Part shown: in pieces, positions 39,727 through 52,543 of the stretch | Layout: every line of letters starts with the position of its first letter | Position numbering within the stretch: the first letter of the stretch is position 1 | DNA from: an uncultured Gemmatimonadales bacterium | GTDB lineage: Bacteria; Gemmatimonadota; Gemmatimonadetes; Gemmatimonadales; Gemmatimonadaceae | Direction: 5' to 3' | Assembly: GCA_963850905.1 (NCBI GenBank) | Contig: CAWKMU010000003.1 | Coordinates: 2,784,001-2,848,000, forward strand | DNA length: 64,000 bases | The notes under the pieces: model-generated | Told to the model about the DNA's origin: nothing | Databases searched by the model: none | What the model saw: only the letters and a program-made list of their open reading frames with translations | Position numbers and translations under genes: made by a program

Positions 39727-40289
39727 GCCCGGTGGACCGTCCCGCTGCCTCGCCGTCCGATCCGCGCCTCGGCGGCCGCTCCCTCAAACGCGTGATCTAC
39801 GATGAGGCTGCGATCGCTCGACGCGTGGGCGAACTCGGCGCCGAGATCACGGATTCATACCCTGATGGCGATCTGCTCGTAGTCGGGTTACTCAAGGGCA
39901 GCGTCATCTTCGTGAGCGACCTCGTCCGTGCCATCCGTCGCCCGCTGCAGATCGATTTCCTCGCTGCGGCGAGTTACGGCGCAGGCACCTCGTCGAGCGG
40001 AACCGTTCGACTGGTGTATGATCCGGAGACTCATCTGGACGGCCGTCACATTTTGGTCGTCGAGGATATTGTCGACTCCGGACGAACGCTGTCGCGGTTG
40101 CTCGAAATCGTTCGGACGCGGGGACCGCGATCGCTTGCGGTCTGCGCATTGCTCCACAAACGCATTGCGAGTGCGTTGCAAGAGCCAGTCAGGTTCGTCG
40201 GCTTTGACGCGCCGAGCGAGTTCTTGGTTGGGTACGGATTGGACCACGCGGAGGACTACCGCCATCTGCCCTATATTGGTTCGATCTGA
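39723..40289 (+). CDS. hpt: Hypoxanthine phosphoribosyltransferase
   Basis: LLKGS, VEDIVDSGRTL and FLVGYGLD motifs. Confidence 0.95.
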   Translation: MSPVDRPAASPSDPRLGGRSLKRVIYDEAAIARRVGELGAEITDSYPDGDLLVVGLLKGSVIFVSDLVRAIRRPLQIDFLAAASYGAGTSSSGTVRLVYDPETHLDGRHILVVEDIVDSGRTLSRLLEIVRTRGPRSLAVCALLHKRIASALQEPVRFVGFDAPSEFLVGYGLDHAEDYRHLPYIGSI

Positions 40290-40486
40290 GGGGGCGCCAA
40301 CCGGCCGGTCCAGGGCCCGGGGCGCCGCGGCGCGAATCATATGTGTGGCGCTGCGCAGTCAGGCGTGGCAGGCGGTAGATTGCTGAGCGGGCGGCGAGGG
40401 CCGCCCGCGCCAGGCGAGGCTGGGAAACGGCTCGCCGTTGGACACGTAAGGCGCCGGTTGTCAGGACCGGTGCCGTAGGGGTCGAA

Positions 40487-42477
<1,991 letters not shown>

Positions 42478-42509
42478 GGGCGGCATGAATCGCCGCTGAG
42501 TCCGCGCAC

Positions 42510-43394
42510 ATGATCTGGCGGATCAAAGGCGGCGCAATATCACTCGCGCGTCCCGTGATCCTTGGGATCGTAAATGTTACCCCCGACAGCTTCAGCGACG
42601 GGGGTAATTTTTTGTCGCTCTCCGCGGCCATTGAACACGCGCAACGACTTGTCGCCGACGGGGCGGATTTGATCGATATCGGAGGAGAGTCAACGCGCCC
42701 ACAGGGCGCCGTGCGAGTAAGCACCGACGAGGAGCGCATGCGCATCCTGCCGGTCATCGAAGCGGTCCACACACAATGCCCTGCCACCCCGATCTCCGTC
42801 GACACAGTCAAGGCGGATGTCGCTGCCGCCGCTCTCGACGCAGGGGCCGCCGTGGTCAATGACGTGTCCATGCTCCGCGAGGATCCGGCGCTGGCGTCGG
42901 TCGTCGCCGCCCGCGGAGCCGGCCTCGTTTTGATGCATTCGCGGGGCGATGTGCCCACGATGGCGACGTACGCGCTGGCGGATTACGGCATGGATGTGAT
43001 GGGCGAGGTCAGCACCGAATTGGAATCGCAGATTGCGAGGGCCCGAGCCGCGGGGGTCGACGCCGAGTCGATCGTTGTCGACCCCGGTATCGGCTTCTCG
43101 AAGCGAACGGCGCATTCCCTGATCGTGCTCGCCGAGCTGCCCCGGATCGCGGCGCTTGGTTATCCCGTGCTCGTGGGCGTTTCGCGGAAACGCTTCATTG
43201 GAGAGATTACCGGGGTGACCGTCGCCGCAAATCGAGTCTATGGAACGATCGGAGCCAACGTCGCCGCGCTCGCGCTCGGCGCCCGACTGTTCCGTGTGCA
43301 CGACGTGCGCGCCGCGCGGGAAGCCTTGGACACGGCCTGGGAGATTCTCCGCCGCCGGCCGGTGACTGCGCCGGCGCCGCTCGGGAGCCTGTAG
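42510..43394 (+). CDS. folP: Dihydropteroate synthase
   Basis: NVTPDSFSDGG, GGESTRP, DPGIGF, SRKRF and RVHDV motifs. Confidence 0.96.
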   Translation: MIWRIKGGAISLARPVILGIVNVTPDSFSDGGNFLSLSAAIEHAQRLVADGADLIDIGGESTRPQGAVRVSTDEERMRILPVIEAVHTQCPATPISVDTVKADVAAAALDAGAAVVNDVSMLREDPALASVVAARGAGLVLMHSRGDVPTMATYALADYGMDVMGEVSTELESQIARARAAGVDAESIVVDPGIGFSKRTAHSLIVLAELPRIAALGYPVLVGVSRKRFIGEITGVTVAANRVYGTIGANVAALALGARLFRVHDVRAAREALDTAWEILRRRPVTAPAPLGSL

Positions 43395-44279
43395 ATGCCA
43401 CTACCTCCGGAGCTGCGCCACCTGACGTTCGGCGTTCGCGACGCACTGGAGATCGCGATTGTCGCGTATGTGCTGTACCGCGTGCTCCTCTTGATTCACG
43501 GCACGCGAGCGGTACAAATGCTGACCGGCATCGTCGTCCTGGTGGTCGTGTACGCCTTGGCGCTCGTCGGGCACCTGACGATGATCGCCTACCTGCTACG
43601 CGTCCTGTTCACGTATGGCGCGCTCGCCGGTGTCATCATCTTCCAACCCGAGCTCCGGCAGGCGCTCGCCCACCTCGGCCAGTCGCGCGTCACACGGTTC
43701 CTCCGGCGGATGGGTCCCAGCGAGGTCGCGGAGGAGGTGGTCGAGGCGTTGGAGCGACTGAGCCAGTCCGGAATGGGCGCAATCGTTGTGGTGGAGCGCG
43801 AGATGGGACTGGGCGAATACGTGGAGTCGGGATCGGCCTTGCAGGCCAAGGTCTCATCTGACTTGCTGGCCACCATCTTTACGCCTTACAGCCCACTCCA
43901 CGACGGAGCGGTAGTTATCCGCGCCGACACCGTGATCGGCGCCGCCTGCATTCTGCCCCTGTCGCAGGCCCAGATCAGCGACCGGTCCCTCGGCACTCGC
44001 CACCGAGCTGCGCTCGGCCTCGCCGAAGAGACTGACGCCATTGTCTTTGTCGTGTCCGAAGAGACCTCAACGATCTCCGTTGCCGTGGACGGCCGCCTCA
44101 TACGCTCGGTCTCCACGTCAGAGATCCGGAGCCTGCTCGAGGGGCATGGGACAACTCGCCTGGCCCAGTCCGACGCGTCGATGGTCCGCGGCGGGAACAG
44201 CGGGTCGAAGGCTGTGATCGAGAACGGCGGGGACGGGCGCTTTCGCGCCCGAGAAGGTAGAACCACGGAGAGAGAGTAA
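43395..44279 (+). CDS. cdaA: Diadenylate cyclase CdaA (DacA)
   Basis: Three N-terminal TMs, FQPELR, PLHDGA, GTRHRAA, VSEET. Confidence 0.95.
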   Translation: MPLPPELRHLTFGVRDALEIAIVAYVLYRVLLLIHGTRAVQMLTGIVVLVVVYALALVGHLTMIAYLLRVLFTYGALAGVIIFQPELRQALAHLGQSRVTRFLRRMGPSEVAEEVVEALERLSQSGMGAIVVVEREMGLGEYVESGSALQAKVSSDLLATIFTPYSPLHDGAVVIRADTVIGAACILPLSQAQISDRSLGTRHRAALGLAEETDAIVFVVSEETSTISVAVDGRLIRSVSTSEIRSLLEGHGTTRLAQSDASMVRGGNSGSKAVIENGGDGRFRAREGRTTERE

Positions 44280-44310
44280 ACGACCAGGGTCCCCGCGCGT
44301 CATAAGAAAT

Positions 44311-44334
44311 GTAGGGGCGACGCATGCGTCACCC
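44311..44334 (+). repeat. GTAG-type REP palindrome
   Basis: GTAGGGGCGACGCATGCGTCACCC. Confidence 0.8.
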
Positions 44335-44422
44335 GTTGTTGCCGGCCACCCGACGACCAAGAGCGGAGCAAGGGTCCGTCGTCCCTTGCCTCGGCGTCTA
44401 ACCACCGGTACTTTCGCATGTT

Positions 44423-45130
44423 ATGCATTTTCCCGAGCTGCCAGAGCGGCTGGCGGAAGTGCAGGGTCGATTGGCGGCTGCGGTGCAACGCGGAGGACAC
44501 GGCCAGCGGGTGACGTTGATCGCCGTGACAAAAACGTTCGGAATCGAGGCCGTCGAGGCAGCGTGGGGCGCGGGCATCCACGACGTTGGCGAAAACCGGG
44601 TCCAGGAAGCGCTCTCCAAGATGGTAGACGTCAAGGTCCCCGTGCGATGGCACCTCATCGGTCACTTGCAACGGAACAAGGCAAAAGCGGCAGACGCCTT
44701 TTACTTGGTCCATTCGATGGATAGTGCACGGCTGGCAGAGGCACTGCATGCTCGCGGGCTGGCCCGGGCCCAGCCGATTGACGTTCTGGTGCAGGTGAAT
44801 GTTGCGGGCGAGGGGTCGAAGTCTGGATGGGCGCCAGAGGACGTGCCAGCCGAAGCCGAGCGACTTATCGACCTGCCTGGGGTACGCGTTCGTGGTGTGA
44901 TGGTCATGGCTCCGCTGGATGCACCGGAGGCGGTTCTCCGCGCAACTTTTGCGGGCGCGCGGACCGCACGGGCCGTGCTGGAGATGGCTGGGCACCCGGC
45001 GACGGAGTTGTCGATGGGAATGTCGAACGATTACGAAATTGCGGTCGAGGAAGGCGCCACCATGGTGCGCGTTGGGACGGCGCTCTTTGGCGAGCGCACT
45101 CACGTGGCCGCGGGACCAGCTGATGATTGA
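44423..45130 (+). CDS. yggS: PLP homeostasis protein YggS
   Basis: IAVTK, GENRVQE, WHLIGHLQRNK, LSMGMSNDY and VRVGTALFG motifs. Confidence 0.95.
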   Translation: MHFPELPERLAEVQGRLAAAVQRGGHGQRVTLIAVTKTFGIEAVEAAWGAGIHDVGENRVQEALSKMVDVKVPVRWHLIGHLQRNKAKAADAFYLVHSMDSARLAEALHARGLARAQPIDVLVQVNVAGEGSKSGWAPEDVPAEAERLIDLPGVRVRGVMVMAPLDAPEAVLRATFAGARTARAVLEMAGHPATELSMGMSNDYEIAVEEGATMVRVGTALFGERTHVAAGPADD

Positions 45131-45797
45131 CGAATCGTTCCATCTAACTCCGCTCGACGTTCGGCGCACCGAGTTCCCGGCTGCCCTGCGCGGCTATGAC
45201 AAGGCGCGGGTGGATGAATTCCGCGATCGGGTTGCCAATGAACTGGAGCGCCTGACGCGCATCAATCAGGAGCTCGAGTCGAAGGCGAAGGGCTTTCACG
45301 AGCAGCTGCGCGCCTTCCGCGAGCGGGACAAGGCGCTCAACGATGCGTTGGTGTCGGCGCAGCAGCTGCGTGCAGAAGTCCGGGAGCAGGCCGATCGAGA
45401 GGCGCAGCTCATCCGCCGGGAGGCGAGGGCCGAGGGCGAGCGCATCATCGACGACGCGCGCGTCGAATTGCGTGGCATCGCTACTGAGATCGAGGGTCTG
45501 GAGCGCGCCCGACGTGCGTACCTGGCCCAGTTTCGGTCCATGGTGGCCAGGCAGCTCGCGGAGCTCGACGCGATCCCCGACCTCTCCTCCGCGCGCCCGG
45601 TCAACCCAGCCACGTCCCCCGGCCCGTCCGCTCCGGCTCCCGGCTCGGCGCCGGCCGCCACCAACAACGTGGTCTCGCCCGCGCCGGTCGCGCCGCCACC
45701 GCCCCCACCGCCCGGAACCCCTCCTGCCAATGGAGCGGATGGGTTGCGCGCACCGGCTCCAACGCCGGCGTGGTTGAACAGCGTCCCCGGAGAATGA
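45123..45797 (+). CDS. divIVA: DivIVA-domain coiled-coil protein
   Basis: LTPLDVR..F...LRGYD..VDEF N-terminus, coiled coil, Pro-rich tail. Confidence 0.88.
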   Translation: MIDESFHLTPLDVRRTEFPAALRGYDKARVDEFRDRVANELERLTRINQELESKAKGFHEQLRAFRERDKALNDALVSAQQLRAEVREQADREAQLIRREARAEGERIIDDARVELRGIATEIEGLERARRAYLAQFRSMVARQLAELDAIPDLSSARPVNPATSPGPSAPAPGSAPAATNNVVSPAPVAPPPPPPPGTPPANGADGLRAPAPTPAWLNSVPGE

Positions 45798-46687
45798 CGG
45801 TCTCGTCGTCGACTGCTGTCGGTGGTGGTGCGGTGGATCCGGGAGTCGGTGGCGTGGAGGACGTCTCGTTGCACACCGCAGCCCGCATCGCGGAAGCCGC
45901 CCGTGTGGTGCGCGCCCGCTTTGCAGACACACCACGCGTCGCGCTGGTGCTTGGCACGGGCCTAGGCGGATTGGCCGACTCGATCGACGTAGAAACCAGG
46001 ATCGAGTATGGAGACATACCCGGGTTTCCGCTGTCGACCGTCGAAAGCCATAAGGGTCGCCTGCTGTGCGGCACATTGCGCGGCCGAACGGTCATCGCCA
46101 TGCAGGGTCGCTTCCACCGCTACGAGGGCTATTCCCTGCAACAAGTGACGTTTCCAGTGCGCGTGCTGCGCGCCCTGGGAGCCGAAATCCTGATCGTGTC
46201 GAACGCGTGCGGCGGCATGCGCGCGGACTGGGCGCCCGGAGACCTGATGCTGATCGGCGACCACATCAACCTTCTCGGCGACAACCCGCTGGTCGGGCGC
46301 AACGACGACAGCTTGGGTCCTCGCTTTCCGGACATGTCGGCGCCCTATGACGCCGAACTGCGGAGCCTCGCGCGCCGGGTAGCGGCCGATCAAGGCATTA
46401 CCGTGCGGGAGGGCGTCTACGTCGCCGTGACCGGTCCGAACCTCGAGACACGCGCCGAGTATCGCTGGCTGCGCGGAATGGGCGCGGATGTGGTCGGCAT
46501 GTCCACGGTGCCGGAAGTCATCGTGGCCGTCCACGGTGGGCTGCGCGTCTTGGGGATTTCGGTCATCACGGATCAGTGCGTCCCCGAGACGCTCGAGCCG
46601 GCATCGCTTGGCCGCATTCTCGCGGTGGCGGCTGCCGCCGAGCCACGCCTCACGGCGGTCGTCGCCGGGGTCGTGGAGCAGCTCTGA
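45794..46687 (+). CDS. Purine-nucleoside phosphorylase (trimeric type)
   Basis: [23 protein letters not shown] and VGMSTVPE motifs. Confidence 0.94.
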   Translation: MTVSSSTAVGGGAVDPGVGGVEDVSLHTAARIAEAARVVRARFADTPRVALVLGTGLGGLADSIDVETRIEYGDIPGFPLSTVESHKGRLLCGTLRGRTVIAMQGRFHRYEGYSLQQVTFPVRVLRALGAEILIVSNACGGMRADWAPGDLMLIGDHINLLGDNPLVGRNDDSLGPRFPDMSAPYDAELRSLARRVAADQGITVREGVYVAVTGPNLETRAEYRWLRGMGADVVGMSTVPEVIVAVHGGLRVLGISVITDQCVPETLEPASLGRILAVAAAAEPRLTAVVAGVVEQL

Positions 46688-46706
46688 CGATAAGGGCGCC
46701 CACCTC

Positions 46707-49700
46707 GTGACTGCCGTGGCCCAGGAGACTCGCCGGTTTCGGTTGCTGCCTGCCGACTGGCCAAGCCTGGAGACGGAGATGCTCTCCCGGTGGGAGGCCG
46801 AGCATCTGTTCGTCAAGTCGCTCGAGGCGGCGGAGGGCCGCCCGCCTTTCGTCTTTTACGAGGGGCCGCCGACGGCCAATGGCCGCCCTGGCATCCATCA
46901 CGTGTTCTCGCGAACGCTCAAGGACCTCGTGTGTCGGCACCGCGCCATGCGGGGGTTCTACGTCCCGCGAAAGGCCGGGTGGGACACGCACGGGTTGCCC
47001 GTCGAGATCGAGGTCGAAAAGTCACTCGGGATCACTGCCAAAGCGCAAATCGAAGCCCTGGGCGTCGCGCGATTCAATGAGCTCTGCCGAGAGAACGTGT
47101 GGAAATACCGCTCGGACTGGGAGCAGTTGAGTGAGCGGATCGGATACTGGCTGGATTACAGCTCGCCGTACATCACCTACGCAGCCACCTACATCGAGAG
47201 CGTGTGGTGGGCCCTCGCGACCCTGTGGGGCCGCGGGTTGCTGTATCCCGGCCACAAGATTCTGCCCTACTGCCCGCGATGCGAGACGGCGCTCTCGAGC
47301 CACGAGCTCGCACTGGGGTATCGCGATGTCCAAGACCCGAGCATCTACGTGGCGCTCGATCTCATCGACGCGGGTCGCCGCATTCTAGTGTGGACGACGA
47401 CACCGTGGACTCTCGTATCGAATACGGCTTTGGCGGTCCATCCGGAGCTCGAGTACGTCGAGCTGCGACCCCGGACCGGCGCGGATCGCCGGACGCTGAT
47501 TCTGGCGGAGGCGCGCGTCGGAGCGGTGCTCGGGCCGGATCACGCCGACGCATGGGAGACGGTGCGACGGATGCACGGGTCGGAGCTTGTCGGCCTCCGC
47601 TATCATCGTCCCCTCGATTGGGTGCCGTATCCGCCGAATGGCGACCACGAGCTCATCGTCGGTGAGACGTTCGTCACCGCCGAAGACGGCAGCGGGGTCG
47701 TGCACATGTCACCGGCATTCGGTGCCGACGACTACGCCGCCGGTCAGCGACATGGCCTCGCGTTTGTTCAACCAGTCACCAACCGGGGTGCGTTCGCGAG
47801 GACAGTACCCGTGGTGGGTGACTTGTTCGTGAAGGAGGCGGACAAGGCTATCATCGCCGAACTGCGGAAGGCGGGCCTGCTTTGGAGAGCGGATCGCGTA
47901 GAGCACGCGTATCCCCATTGTTGGCGGTGCGGCACGCCGCTCCTGTACTACGCGAGGTCGTCCTGGTTCGTGCGCACGACCGCCTACCGCGACGCCATGC
48001 TCGCGCGCAACGCGCGGGTCGGATGGCACCCGCCGGAAACGGGAGCGGGCCGGTTCGGAGAATGGCTCGCCGGCAACATCGATTGGGCGATCTCGCGTGA
48101 TCGCTACTGGGGCACGCCGCTCCCCGTCTGGGTGTGCGATCGGGAGGCGACGCACGTGGAGGTGGTTGACAGCTTTGCCACACTGGCCGAGCGCATCGGC
48201 CGCCCGCTGCCCAACGACTTCGACCCGCACAAGCCGACGGTGGACGGATATCACTGGCCATGCCGGACGTGCGTCGCGAGCTCGGAGACGCCTGGCACGA
48301 TGCGCCGCGTCGGCGAAGTCATCGACGCGTGGTTCGATTCCGGTTCGATGTCATTCGCCCAGTGGCACTATCCGTTCGAAAATCAGGAGCGCGTCGCTCG
48401 CCAGTACCCCGCCGATTTCATCTGCGAAGGCGTCGATCAGACTCGCGGGTGGTTCTATTCGCTGCTCGCGATCGCCACAGGGCTCGGGAACGCACTGCCG
48501 CATAACGAGGATGGGGCGACCGCACCGTATCGGAATGTCATCGTCAATGACCTGGTGCTCGACGCGCAGGGTCAGAAGATGTCCAAGAGTCGCGGCAACG
48601 CCGTCGACCCCTGGAGTGTGATCCAGGAGCACGGCGCCGACGCGATCCGATTCTTTCTCATCGAGGCGAGCCAGGTGTGGGTCCCGCGGCGCTTCGACGA
48701 GCAGGGGATCCGTGATTCAGCCGGGCGCCTGTTGATCACGCTCAAAAACACGTACAATGGCATCTTTGCGCAATACGCCAACTTCGGCTGGTCGCCATCG
48801 GGGCAGGATCCAGCCATCGCGGATCGTCCCGCGCTCGACCGCTGGATCCTGTCTCGTCTCGCGCACGTGGAGCGCGAGGCGGATGACTACCTGGAACACT
48901 ACGAGCCGACGCTCGCGGCGCGCGTCGTCCGGCAATTCATCGACGACGACGTCTCGAAGTGGTACGTGCGCCTGTCGCGAGCAAGGTTCTACGATGTGGA
49001 ACCGGCGGATTCGCGCTCGGCATTTGCGACGCTCCACGAGGTTCTGACAGTCATGAGTCGGTTGCTGGCCCCTATCATGCCTTTCGTGACGGATTGGCTG
49101 CATCGAGAGCTGGTGGGCACGTCGGTCCATTTGGCGCCCTATGTCCGTGCGGACGCTGGCGCGGCAATCGACGACGCGCTGGAGAGTGCAATGGCCGACA
49201 TCCGGCGGCTGGCCACCCTGGGCCGCGCCGCGCGCGAGACCGCCAAGATCAAGACGCGACACCCCCTGTCCCGTCTGGTATGCGTTGTGCCGAGAGCGAC
49301 CGGGGCGCGTTTGGAGGGTCTGCAGGCTCTGGCGCCGCTCCTCCAAGCCGAGCTCAACGTCAAGCGGGTCGAATGGCTTTCGTCGGCTGACTCGTTGGTA
49401 CGCCTGAGCGGAAAGGCTAACTTTAGAGGTCTGGGCAAAAAATTCGGCAACCGCACTCCTGAGGCAGCACGGGCGGTCGCTCAGCTGACGAGTGATCAGC
49501 TCCGCGCTTTTGAGGAGGGCGGGCAGCTCGTGATTCGGGTTGGAACAGATGATCGGGCGTTGGATCGCGAGGACGTCATCATTACGCACGGGGCGGCGGG
49601 AGATCTCGTCGTGCAAGAGGGCGACGGGTATCTCGCGGCGATCGACCCGCGGGTAACTCCCGAGTTGGCCGCGGAGGGACTGGCCCGGGAGCTCGTCAGT

Positions 49701-49994
49701 TCTATTCAACGGCTGCGGAAGGATGCGGGGTTCGCCGTCAGTGACCGGATCCGGCTGCTCGTCGTCGGGGTGCCGGCTGTGGCCGCGGCGGCCACCACGC
49801 ACCGCGACTGGATCGCGCACGAGGTGCTGGCGCGCGAGGTGGTCATCAAGGAAGTGCCCCATCTCGATCCCGCGACCGGAACGGGGCCGAGCACGGGAAC
49901 GCAGGATCGGCTTCAGGGATTTGACGCGGTGCGCTCGCTCGACCTCGACGGACTGAGCGTGCGGATTGCCATCACCAGGGAAGTGGACTCATGA
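46707..49994 (+). CDS. ileS: Isoleucine--tRNA ligase, type 2 (IleRS2)
   Basis: EGPPTANGRPGIHH, GWDTHGLPVE, SRDRYWGTP, EGVDQTRGWFY, KMSKS; IleRS2-type C-terminus. Confidence 0.96.
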   Translation: MTAVAQETRRFRLLPADWPSLETEMLSRWEAEHLFVKSLEAAEGRPPFVFYEGPPTANGRPGIHHVFSRTLKDLVCRHRAMRGFYVPRKAGWDTHGLPVEIEVEKSLGITAKAQIEALGVARFNELCRENVWKYRSDWEQLSERIGYWLDYSSPYITYAATYIESVWWALATLWGRGLLYPGHKILPYCPRCETALSSHELALGYRDVQDPSIYVALDLIDAGRRILVWTTTPWTLVSNTALAVHPELEYVELRPRTGADRRTLILAEARVGAVLGPDHADAWETVRRMHGSELVGLRYHRPLDWVPYPPNGDHELIVGETFVTAEDGSGVVHMSPAFGADDYAAGQRHGLAFVQPVTNRGAFARTVPVVGDLFVKEADKAIIAELRKAGLLWRADRVEHAYPHCWRCGTPLLYYARSSWFVRTTAYRDAMLARNARVGWHPPETGAGRFGEWLAGNIDWAISRDRYWGTPLPVWVCDREATHVEVVDSFATLAERIGRPLPNDFDPHKPTVDGYHWPCRTCVASSETPGTMRRVGEVIDAWFDSGSMSFAQWHYPFENQERVARQYPADFICEGVDQTRGWFYSLLAIATGLGNALPHNEDGATAPYRNVIVNDLVLDAQGQKMSKSRGNAVDPWSVIQEHGADAIRFFLIEASQVWVPRRFDEQGIRDSAGRLLITLKNTYNGIFAQYANFGWSPSGQDPAIADRPALDRWILSRLAHVEREADDYLEHYEPTLAARVVRQFIDDDVSKWYVRLSRARFYDVEPADSRSAFATLHEVLTVMSRLLAPIMPFVTDWLHRELVGTSVHLAPYVRADAGAAIDDALESAMADIRRLATLGRAARETAKIKTRHPLSRLVCVVPRATGARLEGLQALAPLLQAELNVKRVEWLSSADSLVRLSGKANFRGLGKKFGNRTPEAARAVAQLTSDQLRAFEEGGQLVIRVGTDDRALDREDVIITHGAAGDLVVQEGDGYLAAIDPRVTPELAAEGLARELVSSIQRLRKDAGFAVSDRIRLLVVGVPAVAAAATTHRDWIAHEVLAREVVIKEVPHLDPATGTGPSTGTQDRLQGFDAVRSLDLDGLSVRIAITREVDS

Positions 49995-50416
49995 CGTCAC
50001 CGACTGACGTGACCACGAGCAAGAAATTCAAGCCGATGTCGAAGAAACTGCTGGCTCACTTCGAAAAACGGCTGCTCGAAGAGCGGAAACGCGTGCTCAA
50101 GGAGCTTGGCAACTACACCGAGACCTTCGGTGCCACTCCCCAAAGCGCTGATGGCGATCTCAGCTCGTATTCCTTCCACATGGCCGATCAGGGCACGGAC
50201 GCCATGGAACGGGAGAAAGCGTTTCTTTTCGCAAGCCAGGAAGGGCGCTTCCTGTGGCATATCGACGAGGCGCTGCGCAGGCTCTACAGGGCACCTGAGA
50301 CCTTCGGACGGTGTCATAACTGTGGTGAGGAGATTGCATTCGAGCGGCTCGACGCGCTGCCGCATGCGCGCTACTGTTTCGCCTGCAAACAGCGTGAGGA
50401 GGACGGGAAGCGGTGA
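49991..50416 (+). CDS. DksA/TraR C4-type zinc finger protein
   Basis: HMADQGTD, CHNC..I...RL.ALP....CFAC. Confidence 0.9.
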   Translation: MTSPTDVTTSKKFKPMSKKLLAHFEKRLLEERKRVLKELGNYTETFGATPQSADGDLSSYSFHMADQGTDAMEREKAFLFASQEGRFLWHIDEALRRLYRAPETFGRCHNCGEEIAFERLDALPHARYCFACKQREEDGKR

Positions 50417-50438
50417 CCTGGATTTCTGACGAGAGACA

Positions 50439-50960
50439 ATGAACGAAGCGGCAGAGTCATCGAAGCGGCGATTGTTTTGGATTGTGGCGGCCGCCATCGT
50501 AGTGGCTGACCTCGTCACGAAGGCGCTCGCCGTATCATCGCTGACGATGGGATTCCCGCATGACGTCGTCGGCTCAGTGGTGCGCCTGAATCTGGTGTAC
50601 AATCCCGGCGCCGCGTTTGGTATCAACTTCGGTCCGTCGTCGCGGTGGATCTTCCTCGCGCTCACGCTCGCGGCTCTGGGGATCCTCGTGCGCCTCTACC
50701 GGGCGACTCGCGCCGGCGATGTGGCGCGCACGTTGGCGGTGGCGCTCGTGGCAGGCGGAGCGGTCGGGAACCTCGTCGACCGGATTCGATCGGCCGTGGG
50801 CGTCGTCGATTTCATCGACATCGGTGTCGGCTTCCACCGCTGGCCCACGTTCAACGTCGCGGATATGGCCGTGACGACCGGGGCATTCCTGCTCGCGTGG
50901 GTGCTGTGGATGGAGGACCGCACGCGCGAGCGACACGTCGCGCCCGTCCCCGAGATGTAG
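50439..50960 (+). CDS. lspA: Lipoprotein signal peptidase
   Basis: NPGAAFG, GNLVDR, VVDFI and FNVAD motifs. Confidence 0.95.
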   Translation: MNEAAESSKRRLFWIVAAAIVVADLVTKALAVSSLTMGFPHDVVGSVVRLNLVYNPGAAFGINFGPSSRWIFLALTLAALGILVRLYRATRAGDVARTLAVALVAGGAVGNLVDRIRSAVGVVDFIDIGVGFHRWPTFNVADMAVTTGAFLLAWVLWMEDRTRERHVAPVPEM

Positions 50961-52000
50961 CTACGGGCGAACCGACGAGCGGACGCCAGATCGCATTCGA
51001 AGTTGCCCCAGACGCCAGCGACCGGCTCGACATGCTGGTGGCCGCCGCGGCGGGGATTTCCCGCACGCAGGCTGCTACGCTGATCGCAACCGACTGCGTT
51101 GCAGTCGAAGGGCGTCGCGAAAAGGCGAGCTACAGGCCCAAGCCAGGGGAGCACATCACGGTCGGCATCCCCGTTGCCCGCGAGCGCACGCTCGTCCCGG
51201 AATCGATTCCCCTCCGCATCGTGTACGAGGATGGCGATCTCCTGGTCGTCGACAAAGCGGCGGGCATGGTCGTGCACCCCGCTCCTGGCCATTGGAGCGG
51301 CACGCTGGTCAACGCGCTTCTGGGCCGGCAGGACGAAACGGCCAACTCCGACGCAATCGATCCGAACGAGCCGCCGAGTGGTTCGATCGCGCGCGCCGGC
51401 CTCATTCATCGGTTGGACAAGGACACCTCAGGTCTCTTACTCGTCGCGAAGACGGAACGAGCGCACCGGCGACTGAGCTCGGCCATGGCCGAGCGACAGA
51501 TCCGACGACGATACGCGGTACTGGTGTGCGGACACCTCCGCGACGACCGGCTCACCATCGAGCAGCCGATCGATCGGGATCCCCGAGACCGAAAGCGGAT
51601 GGCGATCGTCAGTACGGGACGGCCGGCACGGACGGATTTCGTGCGGCTGGCACGATTCGATTCGGTTGACTTGTTGCGCGCTCGGCTACTCACGGGCAGG
51701 ACGCACCAGATCCGTGTACACCTGGCGTCGGCGGGGCACCCGGTCGTGGGTGATGATACGTACGGTGGCGGCGGGGGACGGCGCTTCGTAGGGCTACCGC
51801 CGCGACGGCACTTCCTGCACGCGGCGTGGCTGCTGTTTCGTCACCCGTTGACGGGGGAGCCGATGGACCTGCGGTCGCCGCTGCCAAGTGACCTCGAGAC
51901 GTCGCTGGCTAGTGTCGCAGGGCAGCCTGGAGCGGACGACAGCCGGATTTGGAAGGGGGATGGTCTTGAGGAATGGGGCTTCTACCGAGCCGACGACTGA
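50957..52000 (+). CDS. rluD: RluA/RluD-family pseudouridine synthase
   Basis: S4-like RLD..SRTQ, GMVVHP, HRLDKDTSG, TGRTHQIRVH; start unclear. Confidence 0.9.
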   Translation, partial: VATGEPTSGRQIAFEVAPDASDRLDMLVAAAAGISRTQAATLIATDCVAVEGRREKASYRPKPGEHITVGIPVARERTLVPESIPLRIVYEDGDLLVVDKAAGMVVHPAPGHWSGTLVNALLGRQDETANSDAIDPNEPPSGSIARAGLIHRLDKDTSGLLLVAKTERAHRRLSSAMAERQIRRRYAVLVCGHLRDDRLTIEQPIDRDPRDRKRMAIVSTGRPARTDFVRLARFDSVDLLRARLLTGRTHQIRVHLASAGHPVVGDDTYGGGGGRRFVGLPPRRHFLHAAWLLFRHPLTGEPMDLRSPLPSDLETSLASVAGQPGADDSRIWKGDGLEEWGFYRADD

Positions 52001-52541
52001 CGCGTCCCCGGACGCCGCGGGCGTCGCCGGAGATCAGGAAAATGCGGAGCAGGGTGGAGGAGCACTCCACGCCCTGGGCAACTCAGCCGATGCCCCGCGC
52101 TTGCTCGTGTTCACGGCTGCGGGTCGAACGTGCGCGTGCGAGTTGACCGCGGTTCGGGAGATCATCCCGCATCGGCGGGCGACGCGACTGCCTGGTGCGC
52201 CGTCGTTCGCCGTGGGGCTGATCAATCTCCGAGGATCCATCGTCACGGTACTGGATCTCGGTATTCGACTTGGTGGGCGCGCTGTGGATGTGGAGCGCGG
52301 CTCGATCGTCCTCGTGGACCACGGTTCGAGAGTGGTGGGTTTGGCCGTCGACGAATTGCGTGACGTCCAGCGCGTGTGGCGATCGTCGATCGAACCGGCC
52401 GACGCTGAGGCCGAGCAAGAGGGATTCGTGCGTGGGATGTTGAGGGCAGCGGGCGAGGTCGCCGCGCTGTTGGACGTGAGCCGCATCGTCGCTGATGCCC
52501 TGGGGTCGGCGACGTACCGCCAGCATAACAGCCTGGAGTGA
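51960..52541 (+). CDS. cheW: Chemotaxis coupling protein CheW
   Basis: VREII..TRLPGAP..GLINLRGSIVTVLDL, GLAVD. Confidence 0.92.
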   Translation: MVLRNGASTEPTTDASPDAAGVAGDQENAEQGGGALHALGNSADAPRLLVFTAAGRTCACELTAVREIIPHRRATRLPGAPSFAVGLINLRGSIVTVLDLGIRLGGRAVDVERGSIVLVDHGSRVVGLAVDELRDVQRVWRSSIEPADAEAEQEGFVRGMLRAAGEVAALLDVSRIVADALGSATYRQHNSLE

Positions 52542-52543
52542 TC

